Assembly: GCA_965237595.1 (NCBI GenBank)
Contig: CBDEFY010000004.1
Coordinates: 274,213-338,212, forward strand
Length of the DNA stretch: 64,000 nucleotides
From: Dehalococcoidia bacterium
GTDB taxonomy: Bacteria > Chloroflexota > Dehalococcoidia > Lucifugimonadales > UBA3495
Direction of reading: 5' to 3'
Shown here: positions 32,509 through 42,446 of the stretch, piece by piece
How positions within the stretch are numbered: position 1 is the first letter of the stretch
Layout: every line of letters begins with the position of its first letter
Position numbers and translations under genes: made by a program
Notes under the pieces: model-generated
Told to the model about the DNA's origin: nothing
The model's database searches: none
The model's input: the letters and a program-made list of their open reading frames with translations, nothing else

Positions 32509-33840
32509 ATGGGTGACGGCGACAAAACCCCTCTCCGGCTCCAGTTCAACCCCAAAGTCCGTCTGGAGTTTCACGGTGCCACCATCACTTCCGATGCCGG
32601 ACTCTTGCCCATTCGAGAGCTGGATGATGCCCTGGGCCTTACCCATATTGCTGCCGACTATCTCCAGGAAAGCCGCTCCGGTCGCAACATCCGACACCAC
32701 CTCGTCCCGCTGCTCAGACAGTCCATCTACAGCCGCTTGGCCGGCTACGATGACACCAATGATGCCGAACGCCTTTCCCAAGACCCAGCCATGAGAGTCG
32801 TCGTGGGCTGGCAAGGATCAGACCGGAACGCCGCCAGCACCAACACCGTGAGCCGCTTTGAAACTGAAACTCTGACCCAACAGGACAACCTGCAGGGGCT
32901 GGCACGAATGAATCCCCAATGGGTGGAAGATGCTATGGCCCATACTCCACACCAGCGAGTGATTCTGGACATGGACAGCTCGGAGAGTCCAGTGCATGGC
33001 CATCAGGAGGGTGCCGCCTACAATGGGCACTTCGAGTGTGTCTGCTATCATCCCCTCTTTCTATTCAACCAGTTCGGCGATTGTGAAGGAGCGACGCTAC
33101 GCCCCGGCAACGTCCATAGCGCCGAGGGCTGGCAGGAACTCCTTGAGCCGGTGGTGAAAAGATACCAGAGGAAGGGACGGCGGCTGTTGTTCCGGGGTGA
33201 TGCCGCCTTTGGCAAGCCAGAGGTGTACGAGTACTTGGAACAAGAGATGATTGGGTACGCCATCCGGCTTTCAGCTAACGCGGTACTTCAGAGAGAAATC
33301 GCGCACCTGCTGGTACGACCTGCCGACTGGTCTTCCAGGAGGCCGATCGTCTCCTACTACGACTTCACTTACCAGGCCCAGAGCTGGAGTATTTCCCGGC
33401 GAGTAGTAGCCAAGGTGGAGTGGCATCAGGGGGAGTTATTTCCCAGGGTAGGCTTCATCGTGACCAACCTGAGCTATCCACCCAAAGGCATAGTCCGCTT
33501 TTACAATGGCCGTGGCACAGCGGAGCAGTGGATCAAGGAGGGCAAGTACGCCCTGAACTGGACCAGACTGTCCTGTCACAAGTTCGTGGCCAACCAGGCG
33601 AGGCTATGGCTGTTCGTTCTGGCGTACAATCTGGGAAACTTCATGAGAAGGTTGGCTTTGCCGGAGGATATGAAGCATTGGACTCTGACCAGTCTTCAGA
33701 CTAGGCTGATCAAGACGGGTGGGCGACTGGTACGCCATGCCAGGAGGATGGTGTTTCAGCTTGCCGAGGTGCTGGTGACCAGGGAAATGCTCACCGGGAT
33801 ACTAGAACGGATCAGCCGGCTTCGGCTGGCACCTGGCTAG
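32509..33840 (+). CDS. IS1380-family transposase
   Basis: ITSDAGLL, ILDMDS, FRGDAAF, YNGRGTAEQWIKEGK. Confidence 0.95.
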   Translation: MGDGDKTPLRLQFNPKVRLEFHGATITSDAGLLPIRELDDALGLTHIAADYLQESRSGRNIRHHLVPLLRQSIYSRLAGYDDTNDAERLSQDPAMRVVVGWQGSDRNAASTNTVSRFETETLTQQDNLQGLARMNPQWVEDAMAHTPHQRVILDMDSSESPVHGHQEGAAYNGHFECVCYHPLFLFNQFGDCEGATLRPGNVHSAEGWQELLEPVVKRYQRKGRRLLFRGDAAFGKPEVYEYLEQEMIGYAIRLSANAVLQREIAHLLVRPADWSSRRPIVSYYDFTYQAQSWSISRRVVAKVEWHQGELFPRVGFIVTNLSYPPKGIVRFYNGRGTAEQWIKEGKYALNWTRLSCHKFVANQARLWLFVLAYNLGNFMRRLALPEDMKHWTLTSLQTRLIKTGGRLVRHARRMVFQLAEVLVTREMLTGILERISRLRLAPG

Positions 33841-34093
33841 CTTGCTTTGAGAGCACCGGTATTTAGGACAGTTATGGGGTCGTCAAGAGTAAATGGGCCG
33901 CCACGAGGGAGACGCTTGGGCAAGGGCAGAGGATTTGGAATTTCTACGCTCGTTAGGACGATGGATATCCTATGAGAGTGGAGCAATTGAGTGAATCGGA
34001 GCGCAGTTGACGCGCTCAGGATACCGTACTATAGTTCCCGCCGCACAGGATGACACCGGTTCAGGGAAATCAGGTTGATCTGGGAAATTCAGG

Positions 34094-34352
34094 CTAAGAG
34101 GGGTTCCAGGAACGAGTATGCGACAGTCATTTCACGACTGGAGATGATGCCGCCAGGTTTCAAGATCCTCTTCACCTCGGCCAGTACAGCCTGTGTATCC
34201 AGAACGTGCATGAGAACGGCATGGCAGTGGGCTGCATCGAAGGAGTCATCTTCGAAGGGAAGGTCAGTCACACCGCCGACGTGGAATGTCGGGTTCTCGT
34301 GTCCACCTGCCCCGGCGACAGATCGGGCCAGACTAATCTGCCACTCTTCCAT
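34094..34352 (-). pseudogene. Class I SAM methyltransferase fragment (cargo)
   Basis: LPFEDDSFDAAHCHAVLMHV...VKRILKPGG. Confidence 0.8.
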
Positions 34353-34432
34353 GAGCGGTCCTTGTACTGAACGCAACCCCACCCACCTCGGCGCAACATC
34401 CAGGTATCCCTAGAAGCGTAGCCCCCTGGGGT

Positions 34433-34776
34433 CTAGCTGGAGTCCTGATTCAGCTTCGTGAACAAGTCCCGCCACCACCCCTTGCCCTGGGTACCGAAGC
34501 CGGACCGTACTCGGACGACTCCGTTTCTATCTATGGCGATTTTCGTTGACTGGCTTGTTACTCGGTAGGAACGGATGGTATCCGAGGCGGTCACGGCCAT
34601 TGGGAAGGTATACCCTTGCGAATCTCTATATGATCTGATCTTCTCCAACCCCTCGTTGGGGTCGGTGCCCACAGCCACAACTGCCACGTCACCGAACTGG
34701 CTTGTCAACTCATGCAGCGTCCGTAACTCGGCGCGGCAGTGGGGTCACCAGGTGGCAAAGAAATAGAGGATAAAGG
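34433..34776 (-). pseudogene. Thioredoxin-fold (TlpA/peroxiredoxin-like) C-terminal fragment (cargo)
   Basis: LYFFATW*PHCRAE motif with TGA at the first Cys position; STKIAIDRNG. Confidence 0.7.
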
Positions 34777-35990
34777 CTCATATTGCTGGCAGGGCTGGCG
34801 ACTGACTTTCGAGCGGCCTTGGGTCACGTCACCGGGAGCGATGGTGACAGGGCCATTGGCAATGGCGCAACGCCTGACCCGAGATCTGCCCCCTACGTTG
34901 CGGCCGACGCCGAAGCTTCGAAAACCGAAAGCACCCCGTCAATCCTCAGGGCCGCAGCGCGTTTTGGGTTTCTAAGGGTCCTGCCGCTCGGGATGTGCAT
35001 AGTTTGGTGGGTATGTGCTGTCGTTCTACGGCTGGAACAACGCCTGGATGCCCACGGCGTACGTCGCTTTCGCAATTGGGATCGTATTAGTGCAGGGATT
35101 CTTGCTGCCGGACCGTGGAGCTCCCTTCAGGGAGTTCTTCTGGGTTTCGCTGTTCTTCCTGTTGACCACGCCCCTGCTGCAGTTCGCCTCGACACGCGTG
35201 GACCACTACAACTTCCACACGATTGGGAACCTTGCTGGCACCCAGATACCCTACATGCTGGCGCTTCTCCTGAACCTGGTGGTCGCATCTGCAGCCGGGC
35301 TGATGTTCCAGCTGCTATGGAAACGGCAGTACGCGGGCGACAGCGACAGGAGCAGCGCCCTCCAGCGGGCGGCCTGGGTGGCACTGCCGCCGGTCATCTC
35401 CGTGTACGCTGTTGTCGTTGTCGTCACCAACAGTTCGGTATCGATACAGCTGGCGGTCCTGTTGCCAGTGCTGGCTGCTGTCTTCACCGCATTGCTGGTC
35501 TTGCGCGACCCCGCCTTCAACCCCAGCGAGCGCGACAGGCTGTTCCTGCTCTCGACGACGTCGGCCTTGGCCATGATCTCGGGAGCCTTGGGGATAGTTA
35601 CCATGCTGGCGATATACCTGTCGCCGGACCTGCCGCGCGTTCTGCCGGACCACAACCTGCTGCGCTCCTGGGAAATCAATTTCGCAGAGTTGGGCCTTAG
35701 CCGAGAAGAGGCGCTGGACGGGTTGAACTTGGGATACATGTGGCACGCGATCTGGGTCTTCGCCTTCATGTTCTTTGTTGTCGGCGGCAGACTGATTGTG
35801 TCCATCTACCGGATTGATGGCGGCCGACGACGATGAGGACCCTGGGACAGAGGAGGAGAAGAAGCCCCACCAACGTAGCCCCGGGGGGCTCTACGGCTTC
35901 GTAGACTGCTTCCTGGCCGTCCGAGTCCAGAATGCCTTCACGCCCTAGCTCTACGAGCAGCTTCCCGTGGAAGTGCTCCTCATTGAGCGC

Positions 35991-36090
35991 TTGACGCCAT
36001 ATGGCGCACTGGCTACAGTATAGCTACCACCCCTATCGCTTCGCCGGTAGGGTCGAGACCGCCTCGTAGGGCGGCCTCTGTCTTTGTTGG
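35991..36090 (+). promoter_or_regulatory. Promoter plus two-hairpin leader RNA upstream of second NYN remnant
   Basis: TTGACG-17 nt-TACAGT; hairpins CCCTATCG/CGGTAGGG and GAGACCGCC/GGCGGCCTC (one mismatch), then TGTCTTTGTT. Confidence 0.55.
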
Positions 36091-36100
36091 GGAGCAACGG

Positions 36101-36165
36101 TTGATCAACAACATCAAAATAGACGGCTTCGATCTCTAATACCGCACCCTCAAGGACACCCCCTC
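36101..36165 (+). pseudogene. Degenerate N-terminus of NYN nuclease
   Basis: RBS GGGAG, TTG start, MINNIKIDGFDL*YRTLKDTP, resembling the consensus YIDGFNLYYRALKxTP. Confidence 0.55.
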
Positions 36166-36299
36166 AAGACCAGAGGATACCACCCGCGCTGACTGGCTCA
36201 GCCTCCCCGTTTCCGTCTCCAGGGCGAGCGCCCTTCAGGGGACTCTACGGACGCGGGTTCGAACCGTAGGCCCAGGTATACAGCCGATTCATTCGGCAA

Positions 36300-36874
36300 C
36301 TCCAGGCGGGAAGACAGGTGCGGATCCTGACAGGCACATCAGCGGCGCCCTCGTCAAGGCAGGCTACGCAATCACCGCCACCACCAACCCGGACGACGTC
36401 TTCGGCCTCATCGAGCAGGAGAGGCCTGATCTGGTGCTGCTCAACCTGATGCTCCCGGGTGTTGACGGGATCGAACCGATGAAGGACATCACGAAACCGG
36501 ACGGCACGCCGGTCATCTTCGTGTCCGCCTACGGGCAGGACCAACTCCTCGCCAGGGAGTTCGAGGCGGGGGTCGCCCACTACGTCGTCAAACCCTTCTC
36601 CCCAACGGAGCTCGTGGCCCGGATCAGAGCAGCCCTGCGGAAGCGGGAGACGCCGGAGCCGTCAGGCCCATACGTCCTGGTCAACCTGACCATCGACTAC
36701 GCCGCACGCCGTGCGACCTTTGCCGGCAGTCCGGTCCTGCCTACCTCCATCGAGTACCGCACGCTGGTAGAGCTGTCGGCGAACGCCGGGCGCGTGCTGA
36801 CCTATGAGATCTGCTGCTCTGGGTGTGGGACAGAGAGCTCGACACCGCCGTGCGGCCCATACGAACCGTCATAA
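36300..36874 (+). pseudogene. OmpR/KdpE-type response regulator fragment
   Basis: PDLVLLNLMLPGVDG, PVIFVSA, YVVKPFSPTELVARIRAALR, GRVLTYE. Confidence 0.8.
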
Positions 36875-37069
36875 GCACTGAATCCTACCGGCGATCAACT
36901 CCTCGAAGCGGCGAGCGCTCAGCCTAGGCGATTCGCAACTCCCGCTGCCCCGTTTCATCAGGGATGGGCAGACATAGTGGTAGAACCTGCCTCTCTTGGA
37001 GTCCTGGCCCGAGAGAGCCCTCTTGCATCTGCACTTGACCAGTGCACTGAACGGGCAGGAGCTACTCAC
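36869..37069 (-). pseudogene. Zinc-ribbon fragment of a second large serine recombinase
   Basis: SALVKCRCKRALSGQ...FYHYVCPSLMKRGSGSCESPRL. Confidence 0.65.
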
Positions 37070-37196
37070 TCTCCATGGGTGAGTGATCCGAGGTGCCTAG
37101 GAGCGCAGCACACTGCAGGATGGCGTGGATGCTGGCCTTGACAGCAATTTGGGAACACTTTACTATTTGCATTACTGGGAGGTATAATATGGCGTT

Positions 37197-37490
37197 GTGC
37201 GGATCATATCAAAAAGAGAGCTCCGAGAATTCTGGGAGCGTCATCCAGAATCCGAGCAACCACTACTTGCATGGTATCGAGAGGTAGAACAAGCGGACTG
37301 GCCTACTCCGGCTCACGTTGTCGAACGCTACCCCAACGCCAGCATAGTCGGAGGAGACAGGGTAGTGTTTCGAATTCGACACAATGACTATCGGATTGTC
37401 GCAAGGTTTTTCTACCCGGGGCGAATAGCGTACATCCGCTTTGTTGGCACCCATAGGGAATATGACCGCATCAATGCAGAGGAGGTGTAA
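37197..37490 (+). CDS. higB: HigB toxin
   Basis: MRIISKRELREFW...LLAWY...RVVFRI...YIRFVGTHREYD; upstream TTGCAT...TATAAT. Confidence 0.92.
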   Translation: MRIISKRELREFWERHPESEQPLLAWYREVEQADWPTPAHVVERYPNASIVGGDRVVFRIRHNDYRIVARFFYPGRIAYIRFVGTHREYDRINAEEV

Positions 37491-37492
37491 TC

Positions 37493-38746
37493 ATGGCACG
37501 AGTCCGGGCGATCCGCTCAGAAGAGGACTATGACGCTGCGTTGGCCCGGATAACCGAACTCATGGGCAGGCTGTCTGGCGCCGAAGGGCAGGTAGACGAC
37601 GGGGATGATCCTAACCGGGTCGAATTGGACGTACTTGCTGACCTTGTGGAGCTCTACGAAGAACGACACCACCCTATCGGCTTTCCCGACCCTGTGTCCG
37701 CCATCATGTTCCGGATGGACCAAGCGAACCTGAACCCCCGCGACCTCGTACCCTTCATCGGGAGTCGGGCCAAGGTATCGGAGGTTCTTGCGGGAAAACG
37801 GGCGATCACCATGTCCATAGCCCGGGCACTTCACCAACACCTGGAAATACCAGCCGATGTCCTATTGCAGGAACCTGGGGCTAGCCTGCCGGACACAATG
37901 CCAAGTTTTGAGTATTCCAGATTCCCCCTCAGAGCTATGGCCAAAGCAGGCTGGATTCCCCACATCCAAGACCTGAAGGACCACGCCGAGGAGTTAATCA
38001 CCGAGCTGATGGAGCGTGCCGGTGGTCGAGCGTTTGCTGCGGCTCCCCTGTACCGGAAGAACGATAGCCGGCGAATAAACGCTAAGACTGATGACTATGC
38101 CCTTAGAGCCTGGTGCTGGCAGGTGCTGGCCCAAGCCAGAGAGAATCAGTCGGGTGCGGATTACCAGGCGGGGGTGGTTACTCCCGAGCTTCTGCGCCAG
38201 GTAGCCCGGATGAGCGTTTTGGAGGACGGGCCGATCAAGGCGAGAGACCTGCTAGTACAGCACGGGGTGGAGGTCGAGTATGTTGGTCATCTACCCAGGA
38301 CCCACCTTGACGGTGCTGCGCTGAGACTGGCAAACGGCAGGCCGGTCATCGGCCTAACCCTACGCTATGACCGCATTGATAACTTCTGGTTCACGGTGTT
38401 GCACGAGTTGGCGCACATAGGCCTCCACTTAGGCGATTGCAGCGAAGAAACCGGCTTCATAGATGACCATAGCCTGCGAGGCGTGCAATCTGTTGGTAGC
38501 GACACAACAGAACAGGAAGCGGACCGACTGGCGCAGGACGCCCTAATACCCTCTGAAATCTGGGGTGAAGGGGAAATCCTTGCCGAGCCGGCGCCTATGG
38601 CTGTGCTGAGCATGGCGTGGGAAGCTCAGGTGCATCCGGCGATTGTCGCCGGTCGCGTTCGTTACGAAACAGGCAACTACAGGCTTCTTTCTCAGTTCGT
38701 GGGCACCGGCTCAGTGCGGTGGCAGTTTGAGTACAAATCTGGCTAA
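37493..38746 (+). CDS. higA: HigA antitoxin fused to ImmA/IrrE metallopeptidase
   Basis: IRSEEDYDAAL, HTH GSRAKVSEVL, DNFWFTVLHELAH, EQEAD. Confidence 0.9.
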   Translation: MARVRAIRSEEDYDAALARITELMGRLSGAEGQVDDGDDPNRVELDVLADLVELYEERHHPIGFPDPVSAIMFRMDQANLNPRDLVPFIGSRAKVSEVLAGKRAITMSIARALHQHLEIPADVLLQEPGASLPDTMPSFEYSRFPLRAMAKAGWIPHIQDLKDHAEELITELMERAGGRAFAAAPLYRKNDSRRINAKTDDYALRAWCWQVLAQARENQSGADYQAGVVTPELLRQVARMSVLEDGPIKARDLLVQHGVEVEYVGHLPRTHLDGAALRLANGRPVIGLTLRYDRIDNFWFTVLHELAHIGLHLGDCSEETGFIDDHSLRGVQSVGSDTTEQEADRLAQDALIPSEIWGEGEILAEPAPMAVLSMAWEAQVHPAIVAGRVRYETGNYRLLSQFVGTGSVRWQFEYKSG

Positions 38747-38756
38747 TCATGAGGGA

Positions 38757-39038
38757 ATGAGAATGGCAGATAGACCCGTGAAGTGCAGCAGTTGCGATGT
38801 CCCAGCGCAGGTGATCCTTGAAGAGAACATCCCCCAGAAGGTGGTCTGCCCCTGGTGTGGGATGTCGGAGAGTTACGAGGAATTCCAGCGATCGGTTGGT
38901 CACCAAGCTTCGGCCTATGCCTCCAAGGAATTGGGCAAAGCCTTTAGAGATATGGCTAGGGGAAACAAGAACATTAGATACAAGCCGGGAAACATCCGAT
39001 CCCATCGTCCCAACTTTCGCGTGGAGATCTCTGAGTAA
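38757..39038 (+). CDS. Small zinc-binding hypothetical protein
   Basis: CSSC...CPWC; RBS GAGGG. Confidence 0.6.
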   Translation: MRMADRPVKCSSCDVPAQVILEENIPQKVVCPWCGMSESYEEFQRSVGHQASAYASKELGKAFRDMARGNKNIRYKPGNIRSHRPNFRVEISE

Positions 39039-39268
39039 TGCAGGAGGACTTCATGCCAAAGGAGCGGAGGAAACCTGCCCTCCTAAGGAACACGGCGTGG
39101 AGTCAAGGGATGCATCTATCTCCGCGTAGCGCCTCTACTGGGAAAAGCCTCGACCGAGGGGGCTAATGGAGAGGTGAGGTTGCCGAAGCTGCCTGCAGGG
39201 GAGATGAGCATGTTGTCTGGCGATGGGCACCGTCACATGTAGGGATCCAGTCAGTGAGGTGAACAAAG

Positions 39269-39529
39269 ATGAAGGAGTACAAGTACGAGGGCGAGACGTT
39301 TCTAATCGAGGATACAGACGCTTGCGAGATCAAGGTATCAGACAAGACGAACTCTGTGTCGGTCACTCTGAACAGCGGCGGCCCCAGCGTGTATAAGGTC
39401 TCGACCGCCAAGGGTGGTTGGTGGTGGCACACCAATACCGTGGAAGAATCGGTTGCACGAGCTTGCCGCGAACTGATCGAGTACCGCAGTTCGATTTCCA
39501 AGGAAGCTGCGTGCGAGGCTCTGCACTAA
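39269..39529 (+). CDS. Hypothetical protein
   Basis: RBS GAGGTG; 86 aa. Confidence 0.6.
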   Translation: MKEYKYEGETFLIEDTDACEIKVSDKTNSVSVTLNSGGPSVYKVSTAKGGWWWHTNTVEESVARACRELIEYRSSISKEAACEALH

Positions 39530-40249
39530 TACGTAGAGGACCTCTGAATCGAACGTTGGTCGACAAGTAGCAGCGGCCCATTCGCGCTTCACGCGATTCC
39601 AAGAACCGCGTTCCATTTGGGACATGCTGACTTCTCAACCGCCATATGTCGGCAGTCGATCCGCCCACCTGGTCCACTTTACCTCTGCCCTTTACAGTTA
39701 TTGCCTAGCAGTTCTCGGATTCTTCCCCTGTCTGTCTACCCGAGGAACGCTGTTCCTTGCTCGGCTTGGCGACGCGAGGAGAGATGCTCCGGGTAGAATT
39801 GAGGCGATCGGGCGGTGATGAGGTGTGGCGGTGGTGGCGCATGAGGATGAAGTGGCGGAAGTGGCCCAGTGGACTGAGGGGATTGAAGGGGTCCATGAGT
39901 GCGTTACAAGGCGGTACCGGCGTCCAAAGCCCCGCCATCGGCGGGTGCTGGAAGGCATCGAGACGGTTCCCTGGTGTCCCATAGAAGTGGCCGGATGTCG
40001 CTTGGGGTCCCAGGTGCGCGTCTTGTTAACTTGCTTTTGGACTTAGAGCAATGTCGATCACCTAGGTAGAAGTACGACGCGGTAGTTTGATATGAGTACT
40101 CTCTTTGGCTTGCCGGACATCGCCCCTCTGGGAGCGGGGATTGAACTGGTCGACGAAAACGACCCGGCTGTAACTCCCCGTTTCCTTGCTATCGAGGCTT
40201 CCTCCTATGGGAGAAGCCACTAGAATCATCAAGAAATACCACGATTACC

Positions 40250-40495
40250 GATTACATATACATTCTCCGTAGCGAGCGTAACGGCCGTTTTTACATAGGG
40301 AGTACCGGCGATCTACAAAATCGGGTAGAGCAGCACAACGCTGGGATGAGCAAGTCGACGAGAACCTTTCGTCCCTGGCAGTTGATTTATCAAGAAGAGT
40401 ACGAATCTCTTTCTGCAGCTCGACAAAGGGAATCTCAGCTAAAATCTTGGAAGAGCCACACATATCTCGAGTCCCAGTTAAACCTCAATGTATAG
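40250..40495 (+). pseudogene. Small GIY-YIG nuclease (UPF0213/YhbQ-like) copy 1, start codon lost
   Basis: YIYILRSERNGRFYIGSTGDLQNRVEQHN...RPWQLIYQEEY...ARQRESQLKSWK; not in the ORF track. Confidence 0.88.
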
Positions 40496-40573
40496 CTCAT
40501 CTGGGAGAGCGTCCCGATCGCCATCGGGAAGGTACGGGGTTCCCCCGGTAAATCGGGGCCCGCAGCTCCACCA
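40493..40573 (+). repeat. tRNA-Ala-like sequence lacking 5' acceptor strand, with inserted hairpins (copy 1)
   Basis: TAGCTCATCTGGGAGAGCG D-arm, GGTACGGGGTTC T-arm start, CCCGCAGCTCCACCA 3' end. Confidence 0.8.
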
Positions 40574-40583
40574 CTGTCCTGTC

Positions 40584-40830
40584 ATGTATTACATATACAT
40601 TCTCCGCAGCGAGCGTAACGGCCGTTATTAGTTCGGATGCACCGGTCACGTGAAAACTCGCGTGGAGCAACACAACGCCGGTATGACCAAGTCGACGAGA
40701 ACCTTTCGTCCCTGGCAGTTGATTCATCAAAGAGTATGAGTCCCCGTCCGTCGCAAGAAAAAGGGAATCCCAGATAAAATCTTGGAAGAACCGCTCCTAT
40801 GTCGAGTCCCAATTGAACCTCAGTGCATAG
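40584..40830 (+). pseudogene. Small GIY-YIG nuclease copy 2 (internal TAG plus frameshift)
   Basis: MYYIYILRSERNGRY*FGCTG...RPWQLIHQ/EYESPSVARKRESQIKSWK. Confidence 0.85.
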
Positions 40831-40908
40831 CTCATGTGGGATAGCGTCCCGATTGTCATCGGGAAGGTACGGGGTTCCCCCGATAAATCGGGGCCCGCAG
40901 CTCCACCA
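40828..40908 (+). repeat. tRNA-Ala-like sequence with inserted hairpins (copy 2)
   Basis: Same layout as 40493-40573 with a few substitutions. Confidence 0.8.
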
Positions 40909-40982
40909 CATCCAGCCCGATAAAGCACTTCGTCTTCCCTTCCCGCGCTTTCTAGTAGTTTCTGGCAATAGCCCCTTCACTC

Positions 40983-41789
40983 TTATCGCACTACGGTTAT
41001 ATCTAGGAGGTTGCCCTGACCGCGCCGAATCTGGATGTTCATTTCCTGCCCCGGCTCGCGGTCGCGGACGGCGGTCTGGAGCTGGGGCACGGACCCAATT
41101 GCCTGGCCGTCGACTACTAAGATGACATCCCCTTCACGCAGGTCAGATTTGGCGACGGCGCTATTGGCCCGCGATATCCGCACCGCAATCCCATCGTCGG
41201 CAGTTACCGGTGCCGTTTCAAACCACTCCTGCACGACTGTAGCTGTGCCGTGGGGCGCGCACACGCACACGCCCAAACCGCATGAAGGGCATCCACACTC
41301 ACAGTCTAGGCCTTCATTGCTCAACTCCCATACCACCACGTCGGCGAGCAGTTGGTTAACCTCTTGGGCGGCCCCTGTGTAGCCGCGCAGGTGGGCCTCC
41401 GCCAGATCGGCGGTCTCACCATCGAAGAAGCGGTGCGCGGTGGCGTGAAGAATCCCATATCCAAAGGCGGCGTGGTTAAGAGCTGAGTGGATGCCGTGTA
41501 GCGCCGCGACCCTATCAACGCTACCGTTAATCGACTGTCCGACGGAGACAACCTGGCTGGCCTCGACGGAGCGGGAATCTTTGCCACCTATGGCGTGCAA
41601 GCGGTTTTGCAGCGCTTCGCGCTGGACGTTGACCATAGTTTGGAGCCGCTCGACGGTCTCGGCGGCTCCCTAGTGACCTCTTATTCGGGTGAGCCCTTGG
41701 TTAAGAATCTCTGCATTCTGGGTTTCCAAGGTCACCATGTCAGCCAGGCGTTGCTGTAATCTGTTTACAGGCTCAGAATTGCTCATCAT
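40983..41789 (-). pseudogene. Ferritin-like (DUF892-like) + Cys-rich + PDZ protein, in-frame TAG at 41672-41670
   Basis: Helical N-terminal region; CECGCPSCGLGVCVC; LREGDVILVVDG PDZ motif. Confidence 0.65.
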
Positions 41790-42065
41790 TTCACCTCAGA
41801 GAGTTCTCTACTGGGCGCCATTTCACTGTCGCGTGTTGTTTATTCAGCGCTGGTTATTGGGCTGAGATTGAATGATCACCCTCTAACTTTGCCATAAATT
41901 TTGGTCCTACCCGCCCGCCTTGCTGGCAAAGTAACGTGTTCACACAAAGTTTTCAATCCGAAAAAATTTATCATGGTCATAAACGCGCGTATATTTAATA
42001 TTTTCGAATCGCGGCGAATAGTTCCGGATCTGCTGACCACCAGTTTCGAACAAAAGTAACAAAGT

Positions 42066-42446
42066 ATGACCACCGAATCCCTGAACCCTCCCGCGCCGGG
42101 CCAGACCCGCGTGTTCTCCATTATCGAGGCGGCGTTGTTCCTGAACAACACTGATGCTCTGATGCTAGGGCCACTGTGGCCATCGCCACCGGTGCGTTAC
42201 CGCTGTTAAGCATCAGTTGGCCGGTGTTGATAACTCTCACGATCGAGATCTTGGGCCAGCCCCGGGTGGCCGGCGTCGGGATGTTGGGCGCCAGCAACCC
42301 GTTGGGGGGCGTCGGCGGGGCCGCTCTCGGTGGCGTATTGTTGGCCTCCAGCGGGTTCCCTGTTTGGGTACCTGGGTCTGGACGCGGCGGCGTTCTCGGC
42401 GGTGGTTATCGGTCTGTTCATGCGGCAGCCGAATACCCAGGAATAA
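42066..42446 (+). pseudogene. MFS transporter remnant (large internal deletion)
   Basis: N-terminal LFLNNTDALMLGP joined to C-terminal ASNPLGGVGGAALGGVLL. Confidence 0.55.

Larger units (their letters stand above)
32351..34776 (+). mobile_element. IS1380 copy B (32351-34093) plus 683-bp cargo transposition unit
   Basis: IRL CCCATATTTCCCAG, IRR CTGGGAAATTCAGG; TSD CTCAT at 32346-32350 and 34777-34781 lies beyond the cargo. Confidence 0.92.
28846..35836 (+). pseudogene. XRE-HTH plus multi-pass membrane protein split by IS256, IS3 and IS1380 unit
   Basis: Removing the inserts at their TSDs restores MGDRDVQR-ARAAQ...SHATVSRWESG...LSRT-EVAGL-ILLAGL...; frameshift near 35005 into the TM region. 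Confidence 0.85.

Noticed and set aside
39780-39900. Purine-rich GTGGCGG repeats as iterons
   Set aside because: Irregular spacing and no adjacent intact rep gene; may be a replicon remnant but cannot be supported.
40493-40908. Functional tRNA-Ala genes or tmRNA 3' ends
   Set aside because: The 5' acceptor strand is absent, the anticodon loop is 8 nt and differs between copies, and the T-loop is interrupted; the D-arm match argues against tmRNA.
204-41672. Stop-codon reassignment suggested by several in-frame TAG/TGA codons
   Set aside because: Intact genes end in TAG and TGA normally, and the internal stops replace different residues (probably Gln, Tyr, Arg), consistent with nonsense mutations.
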